A DNA stretch of 41,623 nt from Chthoniobacteraceae bacterium (GTDB lineage Bacteria > Verrucomicrobiota > Verrucomicrobiia > Chthoniobacterales > Chthoniobacteraceae). Each line of letters starts with the position of its first letter. Position 1 is the first letter of the stretch. Location: positions 1 to 41,623 of the forward strand of contig JANNWY010000313.1 of the NCBI GenBank assembly GCA_031409335.1, in the 5' to 3' direction. A model generated the notes under the pieces. That model saw only the letters and a program-made list of their open reading frames with translations, did no database searches and had not been told where the DNA came from. Both the position numbers and the translations under genes were made by a program. Below, piece by piece: positions 1-8,822 of this stretch.

Positions 1-1
1 C

Positions 2-490
2 GAGCGCCACGTAGGCGGGATTCCAGGCGAGGCTTCCCACCAGGAGCGTGAGGCTGCCGGCCGTGGCGGTGGCGGGGACATTCAGGAGCGGGGGCAGGAA
101 CGAATAATCCTCGATGATGAGCGCGCTGTAAGGCGCGTCGGCGAAGTCGCCCCAGGTGGCAAGCGTCCTGCCATTGTCGAATGGGTAGAGGGAAAAGGTG
201 TCGCCTGCGGAGACGGTCGCGCCACCGCCCGCGGTGGGACTGATGGGATAATGGATCGGCCAGGTGACGAGACTGTTATCGCCGAGCATCCAGCCGCTCG
301 CGCCCGTAAAGCCGCCGTCCAGATCGCCGGAACTTTCCAGAGAGTAATAGTAACCGGGCTCCAGCGTGAACCGCAACTCGCCCGTGCCGGGTGAGAGGGG
401 GACGAGTTCGAGGGTGAACTGCGCTCGTGCGGAAACGCTGGCGAGGAGGAGAGCAAGGCAGACGTAAATATGTCGGAAGGGGAATTTCAT
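2..490 (-). CDS. Secreted hypothetical protein (5' part; runs off the window edge)
   Basis: Manually translated from ATG at 490, a frame not in the ORF track: MKFPFRHIYVCLALLLASVSARAQFTLELVPLSPGTGELRFTLEPGYYYSLESSGDLDGG... Open to the window edge, with a Sec signal peptide ending in ARA|Q. Confidence 0.75.
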   Translation of the reverse strand, partial: MKFPFRHIYVCLALLLASVSARAQFTLELVPLSPGTGELRFTLEPGYYYSLESSGDLDGGFTGASGWMLGDNSLVTWPIHYPISPTAGGGATVSAGDTFSLYPFDNGRTLATWGDFADAPYSALIIEDYSFLPPLLNVPATATAGSLTLLVGSLAWNPAYVAL

Positions 491-658
491 GGGGTTGGGA
501 AGAGCGAGTGATCCGTGGACAAAAAGGCCCGAGGGGAGGTGAAGCTTAACGTGCTTCTCATAGTATTCCAAATTGTGTGCCGCTCGCGCTCAAGACATGC
601 AAGCGTGAATTCCGAAGATATTCCGCATCTGGAATGACCTGCACCACATCACTTCAGC

Positions 659-895
659 TTGCCCAGCGCGCTCGACAAGCATCTTGGAATCTTTCTCCGC
701 AAGACACGCGGGGAGATGACGTTTGCGGCATTCTCCCGCAAGACGGGCCTTCCACCTTCGACCCTTCACCGTTTGGAAAGCGGCGAGCAGAGCCTCACGC
801 TCGGTAGGCTCCAGCAGTTGATGGTGCGTTTGCGCGTGCGGCTGGCGGATATCTATCCCGCTGAGTGGCTTCACCGGCGGAAGGTTCTGCGGTAA
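659..895 (+). CDS. Xre/Cro-family helix-turn-helix transcriptional regulator
   Basis: LRKTRGEMTFAAFSRKTGLPPSTLHRLESGEQSLTLGRLQQL fits the HTH_3 pattern. TTG start; divergent from the secreted-protein gene. Confidence 0.75.
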   Translation: MPSALDKHLGIFLRKTRGEMTFAAFSRKTGLPPSTLHRLESGEQSLTLGRLQQLMVRLRVRLADIYPAEWLHRRKVLR

Positions 896-932
896 CGCCA
901 CACCAGTCATTGCTGTCTCTTCGGAGATTCCG

Positions 933-3900
933 TTACGGGCCAGTCAATTTCAGATGGAAATACCGCAAGCCAGGCGGCGCGGGAAGGCTGAGGTCGCGCA
1001 CCTTCCACGAGACGGAGCCGTTCGGACTGTTCACGGGGCCGATCATGGTCGCGATGCTTGCGGCGCCATTGCTCCACGCCGCGAGATCGCTCGAAATCTC
1101 GGGCACCGAAGTGGCCTCGGTGGCGCCGGCGTTGAGGCGGTATTGAAAGGTGAGGTAGTCCGTTCCGCTGAGGTTTTCGATCTGCGCGATCGGCGCGGCG
1201 AGTTCGCCATCGGGATAGCCGGGCGCGCAGCCGAGGCAGTATTCGGCGTAGTTTTTCAGGCCGTCGCCATCGGGATCGGCGAGCGGCCCGGAGATCGCGG
1301 GATTTGCGGCGTCGGTGGCATTGAAAACGAGGAGCTTCCACGCGGCGTAGGTGAGCGGGCGCACGCTGCCGCCCGGCATTCCGCCGGGCTGCGCGCACGC
1401 CGTCCAGCTCGCGGGATTGGCGTGATCCGGCGCGGTCGCCGGGGCGATGAGCATGAGCGATGGGCCGTAGCCGTCGGCGGATTTCGGCCATGGTTTTGCG
1501 GTGTCGTAGCTGAACGATTTGATCACCGTGGCGGGTGTGCCGCTGCGTTGCAGGATGATTTGTTCGCCGCCGTTGTTGAGGCCGCCGCCGTATTCGCCCG
1601 CGATCATGCCATCGTAAGTGAACCCATAACGCGCGCGGAAGGCGTCGCGATTTTTCACCACGAGCGCGGAGGCGCCGGGAGCGATCGCCAGGACGGAGCC
1701 GGTGGCGAAGGTGAAGGTGACGCCGGTGGTGAACACGAGTTCGCGCAGATCGAGCGGCGTGGTCCCGATGTTGGTCAGGCGGATGAATTCAAAATCATTC
1801 GCATCCGTGTAGGTCGCGGCCTGCTCCGCCGCGCTCGGTTCCGGCGGGTGATACATGATTTCGGAGACGACGAGCGTGGCCGGGGTCGGCTGCGCCGCGC
1901 CGGGTTCGAAGAACGCGCCGGTCAGCGCGCTCCACTGGCCGTTCGTGTTTCTGACGCGCGAGCGGATCGTGACGAGATCATTCAGCGTGACTGGGCCGCT
2001 ATAGATCAGCGCGCTCGGCGAGACGCCGCCGCCGGGCAGCCGGGGGTCCGAGCCGTCGATCGTGTAGTAGATGATGCTGCCAGCGGGTGCGGTGCTCAAG
2101 ATGACGAGCTGATAGCCTGCCGCCACCGCGCCGCCGAACTGGCTGAAGGCTGGCGGGAGCGTCGCGGGCCACAAAAGCGAGTTTGGGAAAGATCCGGCGC
2201 TGGTGCTGAAGAGATAGGCGCGGCGGCCATTGGCAGCGTTGACGTGGCTGTTGTACCAGCTTTCGTCGAGCGTCTGGCCCGCGATGTAGGTCAGCAGCGG
2301 CTGGACCTGCGCCTTGAAGGTGTCCTTGAGTTGCTTAAAGCGGTGGTTCGTCCCGCGATCGTCGAGCACACCGGCGTTGAAGTAGTGTTTGTTGATGCGA
2401 TCGGCGCACAGGAGCTTGAACTCCGGGCTCGCGTAGAGCCGCTTGAAGATGTCGCCGCACTCCGTGCTCGTGCCGAGGAGCTTGCCGTTGATCGTGTCAT
2501 AGTTCACCGCTTGCCCAAATCGCCCAAAGGCACCCTCCACATCCCATTCCACCATGCGATACCGCCCTGTCGGTGATCGCTCGCGGAAAGCCGCCCAGTT
2601 GTTATTCGGCCAGTCGTTGTTGTTGATGTAGATATTGTGCAGGAAATAGTCGGCGACATTCGTCACATCGAGGAAGTTTTGGACGTTCTGATAGTTCGCC
2701 AGCGTCGTGAGGTTCGCGTTGAGCGCGGTTTGCATCGAGTTCCAAAACGTCGCATCGCCATCGACCTGCTCGCCGATGTAGCGCACGTCGAATTCAAATT
2801 CCGTCCGGCAGTGCGCCTTGAACAGATCGTTCCGCAGCCGCTCGGTGGTGTTGAACATTCCCTTGAACGAGCCGTTCACATAAAGCGTGTTGATCGTCCC
2901 CGTCGGCTGCACCCACCCCATGTCGCGGAACAGCCGCCGCCCCACCTCGTCGATGAGGAATGGATTGAGAATGTCGTTTTTTCCCGCCCGGATGCGCAGT
3001 CGCGAGTAACCGATCACATCATTGTTGGGGATGAGATTGGTATCCTTCACCTCCGAATTCCCGTAGTCACCGCGCCAGTAGAGATTGAACGACGGCTTCT
3101 GGGTATGATCGCTGGTCCACGGCGAAAGGGAGGTCTGGTTTAACACCAAAAGCGGACGCGAATACGGGCTCGATGAAATGCGCACACCCACATCTTCCCG
3201 CCAGCCATCGCGACCGTCGGGATAAGCCCACTCCGCGCTGATGCGCCGCTCAAACGCATCGCCGCGGCCCAGCGGGATATTGTAGGAGTTCGGCCCGTTG
3301 CCCGTCCACGCTCCGTTCGATCCCGTGTACGTGCCGCCGCTGATCGCCATGATCCCCATTGGCAGGAAGAACGAGCGCCCCGCATTGCCGGTGAAAAACA
3401 ATGCCGGCACCGTCTTCAGCGCCGCCACCGCGTCGAGCAGGTAGTTGCGCGTTTTGATGTTCGACGGGATGCGCCCGCTCAGGAACGCCCGCGCGCGATA
3501 CACGAGCGCCGACTTGTGATCCACCGGCGGCGTCAACGTGATCGGCGCGGTGTAAACCGTGCCGGTCGTCTCGGTCGGGTCACTGCCATCGGTCGTGAAC
3601 CGGATCGTCGCGCCGCTGGTCGCGCAGACCATTCGCAGCGTCTGCGAGCCGGTGTAAAAGCCGCCGGGGAAATCCGTGACGCCATCCGCCTTGTAAAAAT
3701 CCGGTGTCTTCACGCGATCGGAGGAAAAAATGCCCGTGTTTGCCGCGCGCGGCGTTGCCGTATCGAGATAGCCGTAAGCGCCCGTCCCAGCAGGATCGCG
3801 GCCCCAAGTGTGAAACGAATCCTGATCCGGCACGCTGGAAACCGCACTCTGGAGGGTGCCGCCCGCGTCGTAGAGGCCGACAAATTCTCCGGTCGAGGAC

Positions 3901-6776
3901 AGCGAAAAATTCGTGTGCAGATACGTCGCCGTGCCGTTTGCTTCGTTCCGATTGTCGCACATCACGATCAGGTAACCGTTGGCAGGAATCGTCGCGCTCG
4001 CGGGGAATTTCCATTTCGCGGGCAGCCCGCTGTCATCGCTCAGCGACCAGTTCGCGAGACTCACCGGCGCCGCGCCGAGGTTGCGCAATTCCACCCAATC
4101 CTGAAACGCCTGCGGATTATCATAGTCATCCTCCTCGCCGGGCGGTGGCGGGAAGCCGGACGTGACGAGCGCGGGATCGTAAAGCCCGCCGCTCGGCTCC
4201 GCGATTCCGACGAAAACCTTCCACGCCCCGCCGGCTGACGCGGATGGGACGAGCGTGACGATGGCGCCGGGATCGGCGCCGTTGTAGGTCACCTCGAAAT
4301 TGTCGATCGAGAACGAGCCGCCGGTCGGGCCCGCCGCGGTCGTTTTTGGGAATGCAGGGACGAAAGTGACGGATGCGTTCAGGTTCAAATAGTCCATGAA
4401 CCGCTGTTGGTTCACGCCTTGATTGAGCGTCACTTGATAGCTCCGCCAGCGCAGTAAAACCGGATCGTCGATCGAGATGATGTCGCCCAGCGGCGCAAGG
4501 TTTGGGCAGACGAAAGTGATCTGGAAAGCGTTCGTCACGGCAGCATTCAGCGCGGTGCGAAACGCCTCGATGTTCGCAGCCGCGGCGAACTCGAACGAAG
4601 CGTTCTGCCAGGTTCCATTTCCCGTGATGCTCCCGAGATTCGCGCGGTTTCCCGTCGAGCCGCCGATTGGTTCGGCGTAAAGCTGCACCGTCACACCCGC
4701 CGGGATCTTCGTGGCAATCTGGAGCGATATGTCGGCGAGGTCCGCTGGCGTGATGCTGCCGGCGACCCAATTGAAGACTCGCATCCCCTGAAGGCTGAAG
4801 CCCCATGGTCCTCCCGTCTCCGCCACATCCGTCACATCGCACCGGAGAAAGCCTGGGGAACCATTGAAGCCCGCACCGGGGGTGTTGTCCTCGGTCACCC
4901 GAAAAGTGAAACCAGTCAGCGCAGGATCGCTGTTGAGGACGACGGTCGAAATCGGCGTGCCGGTCACCAAATCCGTGGCGGCACCCGACCCATCCACCGT
5001 GCGGGAAAAGGATGCGCCAGTGGAAGCGCCAAAGGATCGCGCGGGCTCCTCCTCGGCCTCGGCAGTCCGCAGCGTGTTGCTCAAGCGCACGTCATCGAGC
5101 AGCACACCCTCGCCAGCGGCAAAACTCACGCCATCCCAATAGCAAGTCAGCTTCACCTTCTTGCCCGCCGACCCCTGTGTGTTGAGCTTCGCGCGCAGCG
5201 CCTCGGAACCCGCCAGATCGCTCAGGGCAGCGGTGTAGGTCTCCCAATTTCCCGTGCCGACCAACGTCCCGACAGTCGCGGCAGCCGGCGGCGTGGCGGT
5301 CGAGTTCGGTTCGATATAGAACGCCATCCTTCGGCCCGCCGGCATTTTCCAATTGAAGCTCAACCGCGACCGCTGAAAGTCCGCGACGATAATATTCGGC
5401 GGGTTCCAGTTGTTGGCGGTAATCCCGGTGATGCCGAACCCGAGGGAATCGATCGTCGTAGGCAGCGGATCGAATGTGACGGAAAGGACTCCCGTGGTCC
5501 CGCCTGGCCCCAGGCCAGCCGTGTTGTCTTCCTTCAGGGTGATCTGGCCGCTGCGCACGCCGGGCCCGATCTTCAACTCGTAGTTCCCGGTCGTGATCGT
5601 GCCCCCCTGCGTCGCCGTCGTCCCGCCCGCGGCGTCGATGATTCTTCCAAAGAAGCCACCGGTGGCGGAGCCATTCACCCCCGCGATCACCGTCGTCCAG
5701 TTGTAGAAATCTGATCCGCCCAGCGGCAGGCCGACCGTGGGAAAGCCATCGACGCTGCTCGCGGCCAGATCGAGCACCGGATCGAGGCGCAATCCGAACT
5801 GCACGTCGCCCGCCGTGCGATAGCGAAATTTGAGAGTCGTGCTCGTCAGCGCCGGAAGGCCGATACCGCCGGGAGACCAGGCGTTTGCCATGGAAACTGC
5901 GGGCCCGTGCAGCGTCACGCCGCGGTTGGTCCCGGTCTGGGCGAACGCATACTCGATCCCTCCCGAACCACTCAAGCCCGCGCCCTGCTTTTCCGCCGAG
6001 ATGACCTGAAGACTCGTCCAAGTCGTGTTGCTCGTCGGATCTGCCGCCGCCGCCAGCCACCCGCCCGCTGCCGGAATCCCGGTGCCCACATTGCTCACCG
6101 ACACACCAGACCTCGTATGCGCGCGGGATGCGCCGTTCGCCGTCGTGAAATCATAGGACGCCTTGGTCAGCGCGATGTTCGCCGTGGACGTGACCACCTT
6201 CAGTCCCGCGTTGATGCGAAAGTTCGTATCGACCTTGTAATTGTGCGCCTGCACCGTGAGCAGATTCGTCCCCGGCACGAGCAGCGTGTTCGCGGCAGCG
6301 AGCGTGTAATCAATGAGTCCAGTGCTACTCGCCGTATTGTAGGCCACCTGCGAGGCATACATGAAGTGCTTGGGCGGCCCGCAATTCACGCGCTTCACTT
6401 CCACGCCATTGATATAAGCCACGAACCCATCATCCGAATCCACCTGCAAGATCAACGGCGACGTCAGCGCTGCCTGTGCCGGCGTCACGTCGAACGTCTT
6501 CCGCAGATAGAGTGACGGCGTTTTGTTCAGCATCGCCGCTTGCAGATTCGTATTCACGGTCGTGCCCCAGCCCGCGGGCAGATTGCCGCTCAACCACCCA
6601 GCGTCGTTAAACGCCTGGGAGTTCCACCGATGGCCCGAGCCAAGACTCGGCGTGCCATCCGCGCTCCACAGCAAGACCCGCTCGCTCGCGGCGGATGCGA
6701 CTTCATTGATGACCACCTGGCCGCTGGCGCGGGAAAGCAGGGCAGCGGCGAGGATTGTTACGAAAGTTCGGAACAT
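933..6776 (-). CDS. Large secreted CotH-kinase-family protein with lamin-tail (LTD), jelly-roll and FN3-associated/chitobiase-C domains
   Basis: Signal peptide. LTD motifs VVINEV, DWVELRN..VSLANWSLSD and LVVSEIMYHP..FEFIRLTN. FN3-associated IRFTTDGSDP and IYYTIDGSDP. CotH-like LYVNGSFKGMFNTTER, NNNDWPNNNW and WDVEGAFG. C-terminal DPDGDGLKNYAEY, typical of verrucomicrobial surface proteins. Confidence 0.85.
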   Translation of the reverse strand: MFRTFVTILAAALLSRASGQVVINEVASAASERVLLWSADGTPSLGSGHRWNSQAFNDAGWLSGNLPAGWGTTVNTNLQAAMLNKTPSLYLRKTFDVTPAQAALTSPLILQVDSDDGFVAYINGVEVKRVNCGPPKHFMYASQVAYNTASSTGLIDYTLAAANTLLVPGTNLLTVQAHNYKVDTNFRINAGLKVVTSTANIALTKASYDFTTANGASRAHTRSGVSVSNVGTGIPAAGGWLAAAADPTSNTTWTSLQVISAEKQGAGLSGSGGIEYAFAQTGTNRGVTLHGPAVSMANAWSPGGIGLPALTSTTLKFRYRTAGDVQFGLRLDPVLDLAASSVDGFPTVGLPLGGSDFYNWTTVIAGVNGSATGGFFGRIIDAAGGTTATQGGTITTGNYELKIGPGVRSGQITLKEDNTAGLGPGGTTGVLSVTFDPLPTTIDSLGFGITGITANNWNPPNIIVADFQRSRLSFNWKMPAGRRMAFYIEPNSTATPPAAATVGTLVGTGNWETYTAALSDLAGSEALRAKLNTQGSAGKKVKLTCYWDGVSFAAGEGVLLDDVRLSNTLRTAEAEEEPARSFGASTGASFSRTVDGSGAATDLVTGTPISTVVLNSDPALTGFTFRVTEDNTPGAGFNGSPGFLRCDVTDVAETGGPWGFSLQGMRVFNWVAGSITPADLADISLQIATKIPAGVTVQLYAEPIGGSTGNRANLGSITGNGTWQNASFEFAAAANIEAFRTALNAAVTNAFQITFVCPNLAPLGDIISIDDPVLLRWRSYQVTLNQGVNQQRFMDYLNLNASVTFVPAFPKTTAAGPTGGSFSIDNFEVTYNGADPGAIVTLVPSASAGGAWKVFVGIAEPSGGLYDPALVTSGFPPPPGEEDDYDNPQAFQDWVELRNLGAAPVSLANWSLSDDSGLPAKWKFPASATIPANGYLIVMCDNRNEANGTATYLHTNFSLSSTGEFVGLYDAGGTLQSAVSSVPDQDSFHTWGRDPAGTGAYGYLDTATPRAANTGIFSSDRVKTPDFYKADGVTDFPGGFYTGSQTLRMVCATSGATIRFTTDGSDPTETTGTVYTAPITLTPPVDHKSALVYRARAFLSGRIPSNIKTRNYLLDAVAALKTVPALFFTGNAGRSFFLPMGIMAISGGTYTGSNGAWTGNGPNSYNIPLGRGDAFERRISAEWAYPDGRDGWREDVGVRISSSPYSRPLLVLNQTSLSPWTSDHTQKPSFNLYWRGDYGNSEVKDTNLIPNNDVIGYSRLRIRAGKNDILNPFLIDEVGRRLFRDMGWVQPTGTINTLYVNGSFKGMFNTTERLRNDLFKAHCRTEFEFDVRYIGEQVDGDATFWNSMQTALNANLTTLANYQNVQNFLDVTNVADYFLHNIYINNNDWPNNNWAAFRERSPTGRYRMVEWDVEGAFGRFGQAVNYDTINGKLLGTSTECGDIFKRLYASPEFKLLCADRINKHYFNAGVLDDRGTNHRFKQLKDTFKAQVQPLLTYIAGQTLDESWYNSHVNAANGRRAYLFSTSAGSFPNSLLWPATLPPAFSQFGGAVAAGYQLVILSTAPAGSIIYYTIDGSDPRLPGGGVSPSALIYSGPVTLNDLVTIRSRVRNTNGQWSALTGAFFEPGAAQPTPATLVVSEIMYHPPEPSAAEQAATYTDANDFEFIRLTNIGTTPLDLRELVFTTGVTFTFATGSVLAIAPGASALVVKNRDAFRARYGFTYDGMIAGEYGGGLNNGGEQIILQRSGTPATVIKSFSYDTAKPWPKSADGYGPSLMLIAPATAPDHANPASWTACAQPGGMPGGSVRPLTYAAWKLLVFNATDAANPAISGPLADPDGDGLKNYAEYCLGCAPGYPDGELAAPIAQIENLSGTDYLTFQYRLNAGATEATSVPEISSDLAAWSNGAASIATMIGPVNSPNGSVSWKVRDLSLPAPPGLRYFHLKLTGP

Positions 6777-6929
6777 GTTTTGGGGACGGGAATAGGAAAA
6801 GGGAAGCGGACGGCTTTGTTGAGGATCGACGCAAAGATCGCATTTGCAATTGCGACCGCTGCCGATAGTCGGGAAAGGTCAACGGTGATCCGGACGCACG
6901 TGGCAGTGCTAAAGCAAACGAAGCGCACG

Positions 6930-7130
6930 TTTTCCGAAGAGGCCATCATGCAGCTCTTCATCCACCTCTAGTGCAAAATCCGCCACCGCGAGGAAGCCGG
7001 CCTCGGCAACCGCGTCTCCGCCGCCCGCTACCTCCACGACCTCGCCGCCGCAGGCCTCGTGGCCAAAGTGAAAGCCGGCAAGGAAATCCTCTTCGTCAAT
7101 GAGAGGCTGGTGAAGCTGCTGGCGAACTGA
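6930..7130 (+). pseudogene. Remnant 3' end (C-terminal winged helix) of a Fic/DOC-family gene
   Basis: Reading through TAG at 6969-6971 gives FSEEAIMQLFIHL*CKIRHREEAGLGNRVSAARYLHDLAAAGLVAKVKAGKEILFVNERLVKLLAN*. This resembles the C-terminus of SoFic-like proteins (..IFEQPYCRI..G...RQTAS.YL..L...G.L...GKEKLFV). No upstream Fic core is present. Confidence 0.65.
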
Positions 7131-7197
7131 GGGGGAGAATCTCGCGGATCCGATCTGAAATACGCGGGACAGAATTCTTGGAGCCGCATATTTCCCC

Positions 7198-7235
7198 TTG
7201 CGCCTAATATACGACATGTAGTATCGCTGTAGTAT
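7198..7235 (+). promoter_or_regulatory. Putative promoter/operator of the 7234-8114 operon
   Basis: TTGCGC (7198-7203) and TAGTAT (7219-7224). Near-perfect 16-bp palindrome ATACGACATGTAGTAT (7209-7224). TGTAGTAT is repeated at 7217 and 7228. Confidence 0.45.
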
Positions 7236-7755
7236 GAGTATTCACCTTTCGATCAAGGCCACCGGACTAAACATCTCAGCAAATCTTCGTGATGATGCGC
7301 TTGGGGCTCTCATTCAGTTAGTTCAAGAGAACCGCGATGAGAGCGTCGCCGCGCAATCACCGCCGATGGACATGGCTACCGAGAACAACACCACAATGAA
7401 CGCTGGAGTGGCCCGAACATTGACGGGGCACAACAACGAGCAAGCCATCAAAGAGTTCCTCAAGGACCACGGCGCGGCGGAACTCTTAAATCGTCTCAAA
7501 TGGGACAGTTTCCCGGAAAAAATCCTGCTACTCGGAGCTTGGTATGAATCCCGCGGCGGAAGCACGCCGTGGCGTAGTTCCGACATGGATGAAACCTTCA
7601 AGCAGGCGAAAGAGAGCGCCCCACGCAATTTCCCCCGTGACATCAAGAATGCAATCAAGTCCGGCTGGATACATGCGGAAACCCCCCGCACCTACGCCAT
7701 CACGCGTAGCGGATGGAACAGGATCGGTCAGGCGACGGAGAATCTGGAGCAATGA
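7234..7755 (+). CDS. Hypothetical protein with probable C-terminal winged-helix domain
   Basis: 173-aa ORF. C-terminal ..WRSSDMDETFKQAKESAPRNFPRDIKNAIKSGWI..YAITRSG has a wHTH-like pattern. Its stop overlaps the next start (ATGA). Confidence 0.7.
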   Translation: MSIHLSIKATGLNISANLRDDALGALIQLVQENRDESVAAQSPPMDMATENNTTMNAGVARTLTGHNNEQAIKEFLKDHGAAELLNRLKWDSFPEKILLLGAWYESRGGSTPWRSSDMDETFKQAKESAPRNFPRDIKNAIKSGWIHAETPRTYAITRSGWNRIGQATENLEQ

Positions 7756-8114
7756 GTTCAGCCAAGCCCAAGTCCAGCTTCCGCGTTCTCCCGCTGCCCG
7801 TCGTGCAACGGGACGCGAAGAAGCTGCTCACCGTGCGACAGCTTCGGGAGGGCATTGCGTTAACCAAAGGGCTGCGCCACTATCCCACCATATCCGGTTT
7901 GAGCATCGGGCGGTGTGGCGAAGGGATGGAACTGCGACTCGAATCCCCGGCCATCAATCCGCAGGGATGGCTGCGGGCGATCTTCTGGGTGCATGAGAAA
8001 AGCCTCACAATATACATAGTCGACCTTTTCTGGAAAAAGACGAACAAAGTGACAATCGCGGATTTGCATCGCGCAAATCATCGCATCCGCCAACTCCGGG
8101 CGGCACTGGCCTGA
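7752..8114 (+). CDS. RelE/HigB (Gp49-like) type II toxin
   Basis: 120-aa basic protein from ATG 7752, coupled to the upstream stop. ELRL..WLRAIFW..IYIVDLFWKKTNKVTIADLHRANHRIRQL resembles the Gp49/HigB C-terminal F-x-KKT motif. Confidence 0.65.
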   Translation: MSSAKPKSSFRVLPLPVVQRDAKKLLTVRQLREGIALTKGLRHYPTISGLSIGRCGEGMELRLESPAINPQGWLRAIFWVHEKSLTIYIVDLFWKKTNKVTIADLHRANHRIRQLRAALA

Positions 8115-8118
8115 TTGG

Positions 8119-8643
8119 CTACGGGATCAAGGCCGCGACATCCACGCCGAATGCGCGGGCGAGTTTTTGCAGAGTTTTTTGCTGCGGGATGTGCTCGCCA
8201 GACTCAATGACCGCGACGTAGCTACGAGACAGGCCGGAATTGCGGGCGACATCGGCTTGGGTGGCGAACCCCGCCTTGGCGCGCAAGGAAAAATACGACT
8301 TGAGGAAAGCGTTCGTCTTTTTGGTCGCGGCGGCATCGGCCCTGGCAAATCCGGCGTCAGTCGCTTTCAGCTTTTGCTCCCACTGCCCGAGGTCCTCCGT
8401 GGGAAGTTCGAGCGGGTTGTTGGCGCTGATTTCCTCGAGTGTCCGGAGGATATTCTCCTTTTCATCGGGATCCGTCTCCCGGTCGAATTCGAAGCAGAGT
8501 TCGACAATCGAGGCGGTTCGCTCCCGTTCCGCTTCGAGCGCGGCGGAGCCTGCAATGCGCTTGAGGGCGGCACGCAATTTTGGATGCTGCCGCAGGGTGC
8601 GTTCTCCTAAATGTTTTTCCGCTACAGTTTCGAGGACACTCAT
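8119..8643 (-). CDS. Xre-family HTH protein with N-terminal helical extension (HigA-like antitoxin candidate)
   Basis: C-terminal LRAKAGFATQADVARNSGLSRSYVAVIESGEHIPQQKTLQKLARAFGV is a clear HTH_3. Acidic N-terminal/central region. Confidence 0.8.
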   Translation of the reverse strand: MSVLETVAEKHLGERTLRQHPKLRAALKRIAGSAALEAERERTASIVELCFEFDRETDPDEKENILRTLEEISANNPLELPTEDLGQWEQKLKATDAGFARADAAATKKTNAFLKSYFSLRAKAGFATQADVARNSGLSRSYVAVIESGEHIPQQKTLQKLARAFGVDVAALIP

Positions 8644-8822
8644 AAATCGCTGTGGAACAATATGGAGCTATTTGAAACAGTTTCGAGCTTTTTATAGCAA
8701 AACCTATGCAACACGACTCCCTCAAAGCCGATTCACGGAGCGGGAGCCCTGCGTGCGGCGGGATCGGGTGCCCGTGGTTTCCATTTGGAAAGCCGCCGGT
8801 GATGCGGCACGGTGAACTCGCC

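Noticed and set aside
82..456. 124-aa ORF from the track
   Set aside because: Wrong frame; the frame from ATG 490 gives a signal peptide and normal composition.
6909..7217. 102-aa minus-strand ORF
   Set aside because: Antisense shadow of the Fic-like remnant on the plus strand.
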